The notes under the pieces were generated by a model. It did not search any database, had not been told where the DNA came from, and worked only from the letters and a program-made list of their open reading frames with translations. From Candidatus Aegiribacteria sp. (lineage in GTDB: Bacteria; Fermentibacterota; Fermentibacteria; Fermentibacterales; JCC-6): a DNA stretch of 48,434 nucleotides. A program made the translations under genes and the position numbers. Of the stretch, positions 1 to 11,989 are shown piece after piece (position 1 is the first letter of the stretch; every line of letters begins with the position of its first letter). The stretch spans positions 1-48,434 of the forward strand of contig JAWOBF010000070.1 of assembly GCA_046498225.1 (NCBI GenBank), given 5' to 3'.

Positions 1-593
1 ACCCTGTCCTGATCCACGAACCCCAGCGGTCCGTAGCCCGGCGAGGTAAAACTGCTTACATTGCTTGTATAGGTTTTTGTCACCCTTCCCGCGGCGTGTA
101 TCTCGTCGTTAAGAACTACCGTAACTCCTAAGTTATGAATTTCATGATTTGACGCGGCCAGAAGGGCTCCCCTGACATTGCGGGGCCCGTCAACTCCCAT
201 CTCGGCTGCGCTTCTCATGGCCGCGGTGAATACCACCGGAACGTCCGTTTTCAGGTATATGTCGGCAAGAAAGGCGCTCTCCTCCAGCGTGTCCGTGCCA
301 TGGGTGACTACTATTCCGGAGTACCGCCGGCTGAGGGACATTTCCTCCAGACGAAGGCACAACCGCCCCATAACGGCCGGAGTTATCGCCGGACTGGGTT
401 TGCTGCAGAACTTCTCGTGCTCCACACGCACACCCGGTGGTACAACTTCGCCCTCTATGGGAAGGGGATTGTGGTCGCCGGTTATGTCCAGGCCTCCTCG
501 GCCGGGCAGCATCTCTATTGTACCGCCGGTGGAGAGTATAGCCACCTTTCCGACCGCAGCCCCGCCCTCTTCAGATGAAGTGAAGTCCGTCAT
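1..593 (-). CDS. L-asparaginase/glutaminase family protein (3' end outside the window)
   Basis: Manual translation from ATG at 593: MTDFTSSEEGGAAVGKVAILSTGGTIEM...VVTHGTDTLEESAF...PVVFTAAMRS. Contains both catalytic motifs TGGTI and HGTDT. Not in the ORF track because it is open at the window edge. Confidence 0.9.
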   Translation of the reverse strand, partial: MTDFTSSEEGGAAVGKVAILSTGGTIEMLPGRGGLDITGDHNPLPIEGEVVPPGVRVEHEKFCSKPSPAITPAVMGRLCLRLEEMSLSRRYSGIVVTHGTDTLEESAFLADIYLKTDVPVVFTAAMRSAAEMGVDGPRNVRGALLAASNHEIHNLGVTVVLNDEIHAAGRVTKTYTSNVSSFTSPGYGPLGFVDQDR

Positions 594-3500
594 TGCTTCC
601 ATGCCCGGACGCGCCCATAAGTCGGACCAGGCTCTTCTTCAGCTTGTCCGGCCTGTCCGCCAGGGATCTTATGTACAGCCTGGCCTTGCCGTTCCCCCAG
701 AGACTGTCGATCATCTGTATCAGTTCGCTGTCCCTGCTGACGGCCTCGAGCAGGGGCTGGTGCGCCTCCACCAGGGCCAGCAGATCGGACCGGGTGCTGT
801 CCTGCGTCCATTTGATAAGAAGCGCCACGGTGTTCGCGTTGTCCCTGTACTTCCTCCGCATGCCCAGGCTTATGGCGCCGGCCTCCGGCGCGGTCACCGC
901 CCCCGTTCTGGTGCTTACCTCGAGGAAGAACTGGGTCACGGTCTCCACCGCGTCCCTGGCCGTATCCACCGTCGAGGCCGGTTTTTCCGCATCCGGGTTG
1001 AATATCCATATATGCTCCAGCGCCGCTCTGGCGGATTTGATCTCGGAAGGTTTCCTTTTCATTATCTCCGCCTCCAGCGCCGCGAATATCCTGCCGAAGT
1101 TTTTCATGAAGAGAATCTGTTCCCTGGCGGATTGAGCCCTGGATATCCTGTCGAAAAGCCGAATGGATATCTTTCTACCGGGTATGTAACCGGATACGGC
1201 TTCAGCCGCCTTCCTGGTGGCTTTTCTGAGCCACATCAGTTTGTACACGTTCTTGTCCAGGTTCCGAATGGCGGATTCAACCGTCATCGGGCGGCCGCTC
1301 TCCGGTCTGGACAGGGATTTCTCCAGGGCGGTGAGCACGATATCGGGCTTGAAGTCGGCGTCGGTGCCCAGGTACCCGATTATCTGAACGAATTCATCTA
1401 TCATCTGCTCTATCTGCTCCAGGCTCTGCTTGTCGGTACAGAGCAGGATGATGTTCAGAAGGATATTCTCGAAAGTGGAATACACCCTTCTGCGCCAGCA
1501 TCTGCAGGCATTCTGTCCGGGAGGGCAGGGCTGATTCGCAAAGAATTCCGTGACTTCGTCCGGTATTTCCGCCCGGTCTTTCTGTTCCCCCACGTCTTCC
1601 ATCGCCCTGATTATTCCTACGGGGTCGTGTCCCTCCGTTATACGCATGAATTCCTCGACGTCATCGCGGGACCCCGCGGCCACGCCGGCGGCTATCAGGT
1701 CCCCGCTGTCGTTCTCGATGAATCCCTCTATCAGCTTGCGGCCCTCCCGAAGCAGTATCTGCCTGTAGAGCGGGTCCGCGGCGATCAGCTGCAGACTGTC
1801 CATCAGACCGTTCATCACATCGGATGAGGCCGTCCTGATCCTTCTCCACTTCCCCATGAGCTTCTCGGCGTTGAACCTCTCGTAGAATTCCGTGTACGGC
1901 GTCTCGTTACTGAGCTTCCTGGCGAATTCGTCCATCAGTTCCGACTCCAGGCGGTGGGCCATCCAGGAAAGGAAGGGGGCTCCGGCGGGTTCTCCCTGCT
2001 TCGAGCTGACCGTAAGTTCAGACAGTTCGGTGAGGTAGTCGGTTATGCCTTCCGGATTGTCTACGTTCAGCTCGGCGGTGAGGGGAATCGTCTTTCCGAA
2101 GAACATGGATGCTGTCTTCAGCTGCCATAGGGCTACATCGCTGTCCTCGGTCTCCTTGGAGGGAATTATCGTATCGATGATGTGCCTCATGAACCCCCCG
2201 GTAACCTTCTCGGCTATGTCCGGGTATTCAACCAGGGTCTTCACGAAGGTGGTCAGCCCGAAGGAGAGGAACTTGCTGAATATCCTGTGTCCGGTCTTCT
2301 CTATCCAGACAGCCTGCTGTGAGAGGATCTCGCACAGTATCCTCGCGGAATGAATGAGATCGCTGGCGTTCCTCTGTTCGATGCCGGGTATCCTCAAGAG
2401 GTTTTCCATGGTCTTCTTGAGGGCCTTGCTGCGATCCTCGGCCCTGAACAGCTTGCCCAGAAGAGCGGTTTCCTCCTTCCTCAGCTGCTCCAGGCTCATC
2501 TCCCGGTTGTAGGTGGACACCCCCGACGAGATCAGCTCGGTGAAAATCGGATCATCCGTATCCGTTTCCTGCAGCAGGGGAGCCATGACCTTGTCCATGA
2601 ACCTTCCCCTCAGCTCCTCCCTGTTCAGCTTCTTCAGCGTGTTGAGCACCACCTCCGCGGAATCGATGGAATCCTCCGCCAGCGGTGTGAGCCAGTCGGT
2701 CTGTTCCCCTTCCAGGAGCCTTCTCCTGTAGTCGAAATCCAGAAGATCGAGTATGCCGGCGAAGACATGGCTTCTTTCCAGGATCTCGCTGAACTCTATT
2801 CCCTTCGCGGACCTTATGAGAAGAATCAGTGAGGTGAGCAGCTTGTCTCCCTCGATATCCATTTCCGTCATATGATCCTTGAGTGTGCCGATGATGGCCC
2901 CCGGGTCATCCTGGCTGAGTACGGAATCCATCAGCCTTCCGATGGAATTCACCACCCTGCGCATCTCCGCCACGCTGGTCTTGCCTTCGAGGAACAGCAG
3001 GGCCATCTGCGCGAAATCAAGGAAGAACTCCGTCTTTCTGCTGCTCAGATACTCCACCCCGCTCCGCTCCACGGCCAGTTTCGAGATAAGGAGCACCTTC
3101 TGATTGTCCTGGCTGTCCCTCAGTATTCCGTAGGTCTCCCTGAAGCAGTTGTAAATAGCCCTGCCGGCCCCGGTGAAGAGCATCATCTCCGCCATTGCCC
3201 GCCCGTATTCGATGGGGGAACCGCTCTCCGTTACGGGAAGACTGATGATATCAAGACATATGTTCCTCTCCGCGCGTCTCTTGAGCGCCTTTTCCGCCTG
3301 CGGGGACAGTCGGTCAAGAACCTGCTCCATCTCATCCACCGTGATATTTCCGGAGATATCGGTCAAAACCACTTTCATTGCGTCGTCAAGCAGGTTCTGA
3401 AGCTCCTCCGCCTTTTCCAGCCTTCCCAGGAAACCGGAGAGGGTCCGTATGGACTCCATGGGAATTGCGAACCCTCTCATCTTTCTGTAGAGGGACTCTC

Positions 3501-4161
3501 CGCTCCTCCCTATGGACCTCCAGACGGGAAGGTCTTCTCCGGTCAGCAGGTACCAGCCCGTTTCCAGGGCAAAATCGATCAGGGCTTCGTGGACCGCCGG
3601 CTCGGAGTACTTCATTATGTCCGCGGCCCTGTCCAGCGCCCTTATCACGTTGCCTCCGCCTATCCTGCTCCGCTCCAGCATGAAGCCGAACCGCTCCGGC
3701 CACTTGATGCCCTTCTGGACCAGGCTCTCCACCAGCTTCATGTCTCCCGGTGTCTCTGAGAGCACCTGAAGGACCTTGTACAGAAGCGCCGTGAGGTCAT
3801 CGAACACGAGACCTGTATTGGGACCTATCTGATTCCATACCCAGCTGAGATGGAAGAATTCCTGAACAGCAGTCACCACCGCCTCGGAGGGCAGGTTCGT
3901 CAGCGCGTCGAACCATTTCACCGCGGAACGCTCCATGACCGGAGGGGGAGTTATCATATTCGACAGGCTGTCCAGGAGTTTTTCGGCGTCCCTGTATTTT
4001 ATGGACGAAAGCAGCCTGGCCAGGGCGTCGCCGGCCTGGTTCCACTCTCTGTAGAAAAGGGTTATGGACATGACCACGCCCCGTATCTCCGGGGAGACCA
4101 TGGTCTCTTCGGTCTTCCCGGGGGGCAGGCTGAATCCCTTTCCCACTTCGGGCGGGCGCAC
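571..4161 (-). CDS. Large hypothetical, predicted all-alpha protein (~1200 aa); start uncertain (GTG 4161, ATG 4101/4071, or ATA 4224)
   Basis: 1196-codon ORF co-oriented with gyrA, L/E/I/S-rich amphipathic helical pattern, no recognisable motif; overlaps the asparaginase start by 23 nt. Confidence 0.85.
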   Translation of the reverse strand: MRPPEVGKGFSLPPGKTEETMVSPEIRGVVMSITLFYREWNQAGDALARLLSSIKYRDAEKLLDSLSNMITPPPVMERSAVKWFDALTNLPSEAVVTAVQEFFHLSWVWNQIGPNTGLVFDDLTALLYKVLQVLSETPGDMKLVESLVQKGIKWPERFGFMLERSRIGGGNVIRALDRAADIMKYSEPAVHEALIDFALETGWYLLTGEDLPVWRSIGRSGESLYRKMRGFAIPMESIRTLSGFLGRLEKAEELQNLLDDAMKVVLTDISGNITVDEMEQVLDRLSPQAEKALKRRAERNICLDIISLPVTESGSPIEYGRAMAEMMLFTGAGRAIYNCFRETYGILRDSQDNQKVLLISKLAVERSGVEYLSSRKTEFFLDFAQMALLFLEGKTSVAEMRRVVNSIGRLMDSVLSQDDPGAIIGTLKDHMTEMDIEGDKLLTSLILLIRSAKGIEFSEILERSHVFAGILDLLDFDYRRRLLEGEQTDWLTPLAEDSIDSAEVVLNTLKKLNREELRGRFMDKVMAPLLQETDTDDPIFTELISSGVSTYNREMSLEQLRKEETALLGKLFRAEDRSKALKKTMENLLRIPGIEQRNASDLIHSARILCEILSQQAVWIEKTGHRIFSKFLSFGLTTFVKTLVEYPDIAEKVTGGFMRHIIDTIIPSKETEDSDVALWQLKTASMFFGKTIPLTAELNVDNPEGITDYLTELSELTVSSKQGEPAGAPFLSWMAHRLESELMDEFARKLSNETPYTEFYERFNAEKLMGKWRRIRTASSDVMNGLMDSLQLIAADPLYRQILLREGRKLIEGFIENDSGDLIAAGVAAGSRDDVEEFMRITEGHDPVGIIRAMEDVGEQKDRAEIPDEVTEFFANQPCPPGQNACRCWRRRVYSTFENILLNIILLCTDKQSLEQIEQMIDEFVQIIGYLGTDADFKPDIVLTALEKSLSRPESGRPMTVESAIRNLDKNVYKLMWLRKATRKAAEAVSGYIPGRKISIRLFDRISRAQSAREQILFMKNFGRIFAALEAEIMKRKPSEIKSARAALEHIWIFNPDAEKPASTVDTARDAVETVTQFFLEVSTRTGAVTAPEAGAISLGMRRKYRDNANTVALLIKWTQDSTRSDLLALVEAHQPLLEAVSRDSELIQMIDSLWGNGKARLYIRSLADRPDKLKKSLVRLMGASGHGSNDGLHFI

Positions 4162-4220
4162 GGAACGGGGCTGGTTCTCCCTGCTCCAGGCCTCTATCTC
4201 ATTCAGTATCCTCTGGATCT

Positions 4221-6722
4221 CTATTCCGTCTCTCCCTCTTCAGGACCCCGCTCGGGTAACTCTGCTTCCTCGGGATGAACGATCGCGGCGTCGACTATCC
4301 TGTCATCTTCAGGGAGATTCATAACTTTGACTCCCATTGTGCTGCGGCCCATCTCCCTTATCTGGGAGACCGGCAGCCGGATTATCATTCCCAGGGAGGA
4401 TATCAGTATCAGCTCATCCTCCTCGGACACTTCCATGATGGAAATAACAGGGCCATTCCGCACGTTCTTCCTGATGTTGATTATTCCTGAAGTACCCCTG
4501 TGGGTCAGCCTGTACTCCTCCGACCAGGTCCGTTTGCCGTAGCCTTTCTCGGTTATGGTCAGCAGGCTGCCCGGTTCGTCCATGACCACCATTCCCACCA
4601 GGCGGTCGCCTTCCTTTACCTTTATCCCCCTGACCCCCCTCGTATGCCTTCCGGTGGGACGCACCTCCTCCTCATTGAACCTGTTGGCCTGTCCGCCGGC
4701 CAGGGCGAGGAAGACCCTGCTGTCGCCGCTGGTGAGACCGGCCGAAACCAGTTCGGCGTCGGGGTCGAGCCTGATGGCCCAGATCCCGTTCCTTCTGGGA
4801 TGGCTGTAGCTGATCAGAGGAGTCTTCTTGACCAGGCCGTTGCTGGTGGCCATCAGAACGTACCTGTCCTCATCGAATTCCTTGACGCAGACGCTTGCCA
4901 CCGGTCTTTCATCCGGAGCCAGGTCTATCAGGTTCACTATGGCCTTCCCCTTGCTGGTCCTGCCGACTTCCGGGATCTGATACACCTTCAGCCAGTAGCA
5001 CCTCCCCTGGTTCGTGAAGAACAGGATGTAGCTGTGATTGCTGGCCACGAACAGCTGGTCGAGTGAATCCTCCTCCTTCGTCGTGGCGCCGGTGATACCC
5101 TTTCCTCCCCTGTGCTGGCTCTTGTACGTATCCGATGACAGCCTTTTCACGTAGCCCTCCCGGGACAGCGTAATAACCATCTCGTCATCGGGTATCAGGT
5201 CCTCCATGTCCAGCTCCCCGGGAGCATGGCGTTCTATTTCAGTTCTTCTGTCCGTTCCGAACTGTTCGGATATCTGCCTGAGCTCATCGGAGACGACCTT
5301 CATTCTCATCGACCGGCTGGCCGCCAGTTCTCGCAGCCTGGCCAGAAGCTCCTGAAGCTCCCGGTATTCGTTCTCCAGCTCCTCCCGCTCCAGGCCGGTG
5401 AGCCTTCGCAGTCTCATGTCCAGGATCGCCTGCGCCTGCACCTCTGTAAAACCGAAGCGTGCCATCAGTTCCGGCTTCGCTTCGTCGCTGCTGCCGGAAG
5501 CCCGTATTACTTTTATCACTTCGTCTATTGCGTCCTGCGCCTTGAGAAGACCCTCAACTATGTGGGCCCTGGCCTCGGTCCTGTCCAGATCGTAGGCCAC
5601 CCGCCGCTGGATGACGTCGTGCCTGTGTTCGACGTAGTGGCTGATGAAATCCCTCAGGGAGAGCCTGCGCGGTGTACCGCCGCAGAGGGCCAGGCAGTTG
5701 GCGCCGAAGGTGCGGGCAAGGCTGGTATGCTTGTAGAGCTGATTCAGCACTACGTCCGACAGCACATCCTTCTTCAGCTCCACCACTATCCGCATTCCCT
5801 CCCTGTCCGACTCGTCCCTCAGGTCGGCTATGGAGGTTATCTTCTTCCTTTTTACGAGGTCGGCTATGTTCTCTATGAACTTCGTCTTGTTGACCTGGTA
5901 GGGTATCTCGGTCACCACTATCGCTTCCCTGTTTCTCGGGGTCTCCTCTATCTCCACCCGGCCCCGTACCCTTATGGAACCCTTTCCGGTCCTGTAGCAG
6001 TCCCGAATGCCGCGAATGCCCATGATTATGCCCCCGGTGGGAAAATCCGGGCCCTTGACGATATCCATCAGTTCTTCATCGCTGATGTCCGGGTTCTCTA
6101 TCATCCTGCAGCAGGCCTGAATGACCTCGCGCAGGTTGTGGGGCGGAATGTTCGTGGCCATTCCCACCGCTATTCCCGCCGAACCGTTGACCAGCAGGTT
6201 GGGAAAACCGGAAGGAAGGATGGAGGGTTCCTTCAGCCGGTCATCGAAGTTGGGGACCATGTCCACAGTTTCCTTGTCGATGTCCCTGAGCATCTCCTCC
6301 CCGATGGTGGACATCCGGGCTTCGGTGTACCTGTAGGCCGCCGCCGGGTCGCCGTCTATGGAGCCGAAGTTGCCCTGGCCGTCAACCAGGGGATGGAGAA
6401 GTGAGAAATCCTGGGCCATTCGAACCATGGAATCGTAGACCGCGGAATCTCCGTGAGGATGGTATTTTCCCAGAACGTCACCGACCACGGTGGCCGATTT
6501 GCGGTAGGGTCGGCGGTGTGTCAGTTTCTGCTCGTACATCGAATAGAGTATGCGCCTGTGAACCGGTTTCAGGCCGTCCCTGACATCGGGAAGGGCCCTG
6601 GAGACGATCACGCTCATGGAGTAGTCCATGTAGGAGCGTTTCATCTCCTCTTCGATATCTATCATGTCAGGCCTGCCCGCGTGCCTGCCGTCCGCTCTGT
6701 CCTCTTCAAGCCTTTCGGTCAT
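4221..6722 (-). CDS. gyrA: DNA gyrase subunit A
   Basis: [26 protein letters not shown], catalytic AAYRYTEAR, GyrA-box QHRGGKG, beta-pinwheel C-terminal repeats. Confidence 0.99.
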   Translation of the reverse strand: MTERLEEDRADGRHAGRPDMIDIEEEMKRSYMDYSMSVIVSRALPDVRDGLKPVHRRILYSMYEQKLTHRRPYRKSATVVGDVLGKYHPHGDSAVYDSMVRMAQDFSLLHPLVDGQGNFGSIDGDPAAAYRYTEARMSTIGEEMLRDIDKETVDMVPNFDDRLKEPSILPSGFPNLLVNGSAGIAVGMATNIPPHNLREVIQACCRMIENPDISDEELMDIVKGPDFPTGGIIMGIRGIRDCYRTGKGSIRVRGRVEIEETPRNREAIVVTEIPYQVNKTKFIENIADLVKRKKITSIADLRDESDREGMRIVVELKKDVLSDVVLNQLYKHTSLARTFGANCLALCGGTPRRLSLRDFISHYVEHRHDVIQRRVAYDLDRTEARAHIVEGLLKAQDAIDEVIKVIRASGSSDEAKPELMARFGFTEVQAQAILDMRLRRLTGLEREELENEYRELQELLARLRELAASRSMRMKVVSDELRQISEQFGTDRRTEIERHAPGELDMEDLIPDDEMVITLSREGYVKRLSSDTYKSQHRGGKGITGATTKEEDSLDQLFVASNHSYILFFTNQGRCYWLKVYQIPEVGRTSKGKAIVNLIDLAPDERPVASVCVKEFDEDRYVLMATSNGLVKKTPLISYSHPRRNGIWAIRLDPDAELVSAGLTSGDSRVFLALAGGQANRFNEEEVRPTGRHTRGVRGIKVKEGDRLVGMVVMDEPGSLLTITEKGYGKRTWSEEYRLTHRGTSGIINIRKNVRNGPVISIMEVSEEDELILISSLGMIIRLPVSQIREMGRSTMGVKVMNLPEDDRIVDAAIVHPEEAELPERGPEEGETE

Positions 6723-6753
6723 ACTGAGCCCGTTCTCCTTGGATTACTGTTCT

Positions 6754-8685
<1,932 letters not shown>

Positions 8686-8979
8686 TTACCTTCCGTTCCT
8701 TCGAGTAACAGTCTTCAGGTCCGTGAATATTTCCTGCCCCCACAGTGAATTCAGACTGGACAGGATCTCCCTCTTTCTCATTCTTATCTCCATGGTGGCT
8801 GCGGGATGGAACGACCTCAGTATCAGGACCGACCCCTCGAAGCCCATGGGTCTGGCAAAGGTTGCCAGCTGGGTTCCGGCGACGTTCTCCCAGAGACTCA
8901 TGGCCCTGACCCTCTTGGTCCTGATATCCGGTTCAAGGCTGTCGAGCACTTCCCTGACCAGGCTGTCGATCCTTTTCAA
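8686..8979 (-). CDS. DciA / DUF721 helicase-loader family protein
   Basis: 97 aa, W-x-x-VAG...LILR...EIRMRKREILSSLN pattern; canonical position between dnaN and gyrB; TTG start. Confidence 0.8.
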   Translation of the reverse strand: MKRIDSLVREVLDSLEPDIRTKRVRAMSLWENVAGTQLATFARPMGFEGSVLILRSFHPAATMEIRMRKREILSSLNSLWGQEIFTDLKTVTRRNGR

Positions 8980-8998
8980 TTGGCGGACGGCCCCATGT

Positions 8999-10120
8999 CT
9001 ATTCTTCCGGCGTCCTGGACAGCTTAACGGGCATGATCAGGGCGAGGTAGCTGTCCCCGTCTTCCGGTTCCTTCTCGTCCTGAATGACCACGGCGGTGTT
9101 GCTGTCCTTCATTTTCATGGCTATTCTCTCACAGCCCATGTTACGAAGGATCTCCATCAGGAAATTGCCGTTGAAACCGATCTGAAAAGGTCTTCCGGAA
9201 TACTCCGCCGGCAGTTCCTCGTGCGCCTCACCTGCATCGGCGCTTTCGGAGTGTATCAGAACCTTGCCGCTCTCGAGGGAGAACTTTATCTGGTGAGTGG
9301 AAGGATTAGCCATGGTCTTCACTCTTCTGAGAACCGCTATCAGCTCTTCTCTGTCGGCTGCGAGAACGCAGTCGTTGTCCGTTGGTATGACCTTCCTGTA
9401 GGGGGGGTACTCCCCGTCTATGGTCCTGCTGAAGATCATGGTCTCGTTGAATTCGAACGATATCTGCGAACCCTTGAACCTGACCAGTACGTCGCCTTCA
9501 CCGGCGAGCCTTGCGAAAAGGTTCAGAGCCTTCTGGGTAACCAGCGCGTTTATGCTTACGTCCGATGACAGGCTTCCCATGGTTATGCAGCTGAGCCTGT
9601 GGCCGTCCGTGGCCACCATCTCGAAACCGTTGCTGTCGATGTTCATGAGAGCGCCGTTCAACGTAGCCCTGTAATCGTCCCTGGCGACGGCGTAGGACGT
9701 CTTTCGAATAGCGTCGGAAAGAACCTCCACCGGTATCGCGGCGGGGTCGGCGCCGGTTCTGGTCGGAAGAGTGGGGAACTGCTCGCTCGAGTTTCCGCTG
9801 AGGGAGAAGGATCCCTTTCCGCAGCTGATTGTAATCCTGTTTCCCGTCCCGCTGAACCTGACGTCCTCTTCAGGCAGCTCCCGGACAATCTCATGCAGTT
9901 TCTTGCCGGGAAGCGTGATAGAACCGGAGGTGGTGACCGAAGCCGGAATAGTGGTGATGACCGTTGTGTCCAGATCGGTGGCCGAAAGCCTGAGCGTATC
10001 TCCCTCGGTTTCCAGCAGTACATTGGTGAGATATGGTAGACTGCTCCTGGAAGGAAGGGCCGTGGCAACACAATTGAGACCTTTGAGCAAGTCAGAATGG
10101 TTGACAAGGAGTTTGATCAT
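8999..10120 (-). CDS. dnaN: DNA polymerase III beta sliding clamp
   Basis: ATDLD, VATDGHRL, GEYPPY, IGFNG, LIMPV motifs; GGAGG RBS upstream of ATG at 10120. Confidence 0.98.
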   Translation of the reverse strand: MIKLLVNHSDLLKGLNCVATALPSRSSLPYLTNVLLETEGDTLRLSATDLDTTVITTIPASVTTSGSITLPGKKLHEIVRELPEEDVRFSGTGNRITISCGKGSFSLSGNSSEQFPTLPTRTGADPAAIPVEVLSDAIRKTSYAVARDDYRATLNGALMNIDSNGFEMVATDGHRLSCITMGSLSSDVSINALVTQKALNLFARLAGEGDVLVRFKGSQISFEFNETMIFSRTIDGEYPPYRKVIPTDNDCVLAADREELIAVLRRVKTMANPSTHQIKFSLESGKVLIHSESADAGEAHEELPAEYSGRPFQIGFNGNFLMEILRNMGCERIAMKMKDSNTAVVIQDEKEPEDGDSYLALIMPVKLSRTPEE

Positions 10121-10321
10121 GGGTTTTCCTCCAGCTCTATGAATACAGTATTCGAAGAACAATTATGGTAGTTATTATACATGTGAATATGTGGACATGT
10201 CACATGGTGAAAAGGCGCGGGGGGACTTCCGGTGTTGAACACTTGTTGACATCGGGACAGTGCGGGGGATCTTTTCCACATGCGGGAGTACTGAACGGAC
10301 TGCCCACAGAGTTTTTCACAT
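10121..10321. promoter_or_regulatory. oriC: oriC part 1 (dnaA-dnaN spacer): DnaA boxes plus AT-rich unwinding element
   Basis: TTTTCCACA 10272-10280 and TTTTTCACA 10312-10320 (match TTWTNCACA); TGTGAATAT 10182-10190 and TGTGGACAT 10190-10198 tandem degenerate boxes next to AT-rich 10160-10181. Confidence 0.75.
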
Positions 10322-11665
10322 TCAGATGGAGACGAGCTTCCGCTTGATCTCCTCGATCCTTCGGTCGAGTTCGGGGTCGTTCTCCCTGAGTTCCGACACC
10401 CTTTCGATGGAGTTGAGAACGGTCGAATGGTCCCTTCCGGAGAAGAATGCGCCTATGTCCTTGAGGGACATGGAAGTGAGTTCGCGTATGAGAGAAATGG
10501 CAACCTGTCTTGGTACAAGTATGTTCCTCTTCCTCTGTTTGCCCTTAAGCTGTCCGGGGGATATGTCGAAGACCTCGGCCACGGCGGAGGTGATTGTTCC
10601 GGGGGTGAGCCTTCTGGATATGGTTCCAAGGGTGGATTTGATCTCCTTCTGGGCGAGGTTCATGTCTATACTGCAGCCGGTGAGCCTCGATATGGCGGCC
10701 AGCCTGTGAATGACGCCGGACAGCTGCCTTACGTTCTTTCTTATGGAGGACGCTATGTAGTCGAGAACTTCATGGCTCACTTCGAGTTCCTCATCGCGGA
10801 CAAGCAGCATGAGTATGGCCAGCCTGGTCTCGTACTCCGGAGGCTTGATGTCCGCCACCAGCCCCCACTGGAAACGGCTTATCAGCCTCTCGGGAAGGTC
10901 CTTGAGCTCGTGCGGGGGTCTGTCCGATGTCAGGACTATCTGTTTCCCCTGCTGGTGGAGTTCATTGAAACGGTGGAAGAACGCCTCCTGGGTCTCCACC
11001 TTTCCCTCGAGGAACTGGATATCGTCCATGAGCAGATAGTCGATGCCCTGAAAAAGCTTCCTGAACCTGGTGTAGTCCTTCTGTAGAACGCAGTTGATGA
11101 ATGTTCCCACGACGTATTCGGTCGAGAGGTACCTGAATGTGCGCCTGGAGTCCTCCCGTCTCAGCTGGTGGGCGATGGCCTGAATGAGGTGTGTCTTGCC
11201 CAGTCCGACCCCGCCGTAGATGAAGAGGGGATTGTATGTCGTAGTCCCGGCGTCACTGCTCACCGCAAGGGCACCCGCATGCGCGAGCTGGTTGTTGGGA
11301 CCCACTACGAAATGATCGAAGGTGTAATTCGATCGAAGGTACATGGAGTCGGTGGTTGATGGACCGTTCTCCTGCGGCGCGCTGTCTTTCCTGGAGGGTC
11401 CCGGCTTGGCGGGGTCGCCGACAAACTGCAGGGCAAGGTCGTTCCTTCCGGATATCTCCCTGACCATCTCCTCCAGCATACCGCCGAAACGGGATTTCAC
11501 GTGACCGGCCACGAAGGAGTTCCTGAACCTTATGACCAGCCTGGTCCCGTTTATGTCTTCGTAGACGGAGTTCTTGAGCCAGGATTCGTATTCAGTTGTC
11601 TCCAGGGTCTTCTCAGCTTCACGAAGGCAGAGGTCCCAGAGTTCCGAAGGCTTGAAATCATCCAT
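10322..11665 (-). CDS. dnaA: Chromosomal replication initiator DnaA
   Basis: YNPLFIYGGVGLGKTHL (Walker A), LLMDDIQF (Walker B), RLISRFQWGL, GRDHSTV (domain IV). Confidence 0.99.
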   Translation of the reverse strand: MDDFKPSELWDLCLREAEKTLETTEYESWLKNSVYEDINGTRLVIRFRNSFVAGHVKSRFGGMLEEMVREISGRNDLALQFVGDPAKPGPSRKDSAPQENGPSTTDSMYLRSNYTFDHFVVGPNNQLAHAGALAVSSDAGTTTYNPLFIYGGVGLGKTHLIQAIAHQLRREDSRRTFRYLSTEYVVGTFINCVLQKDYTRFRKLFQGIDYLLMDDIQFLEGKVETQEAFFHRFNELHQQGKQIVLTSDRPPHELKDLPERLISRFQWGLVADIKPPEYETRLAILMLLVRDEELEVSHEVLDYIASSIRKNVRQLSGVIHRLAAISRLTGCSIDMNLAQKEIKSTLGTISRRLTPGTITSAVAEVFDISPGQLKGKQRKRNILVPRQVAISLIRELTSMSLKDIGAFFSGRDHSTVLNSIERVSELRENDPELDRRIEEIKRKLVSI

Positions 11666-11989
11666 ACAGCTTCCAATCAGTAACTGAATGCTAAACCGGT
11701 AAAAGGCACCGGAAAACGCACTTTGTCCACAACAATTTCCACAAAAAAACCAAAGGTCAAAACATTAAACAGCAACATGTTGACAGTTTGCGGCCGCGCG
11801 GCTGAACCACGGCTGTTGAAAACTGTGGAGGGCGTGAGAACACTCGGCGCAAATACTTGACATAATTGATTATATTGGCTAACTTCCACAATCGTTGTCT
11901 CCAGAAGATAATTTCTTACTCGACTGTTGATACTGTTGCAGTGGTCCCGCCGTCGTCAAGGCGGGAAACAGAGAAAAGAGTGGTTAGAG
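11666..11989. promoter_or_regulatory. dnaA/rpmH divergent promoter region with DnaA boxes (oriC part 2)
   Basis: AT-rich spacer with TTGTCCACA 11723-11731, ATTTCCACA 11735-11743, ACTTCCACA 11882-11890 and TGTTGAAAA 11814-11822. Confidence 0.7.
11857..11885 (+). promoter_or_regulatory. sigma70-type promoter for the rpmH operon
   Basis: TTGACA-17 bp-TAACTT. Confidence 0.6.

Noticed and set aside
178..1827. 549-aa plus-strand ORF
   Set aside because: Antisense shadow of the orphan and asparaginase genes; no motifs; expected from high GC at third codon positions.
11494..11509. TTTCACGTGACC inside dnaA as a possible parS
   Set aside because: Only the 8-bp core is palindromic; the right arm mismatches.
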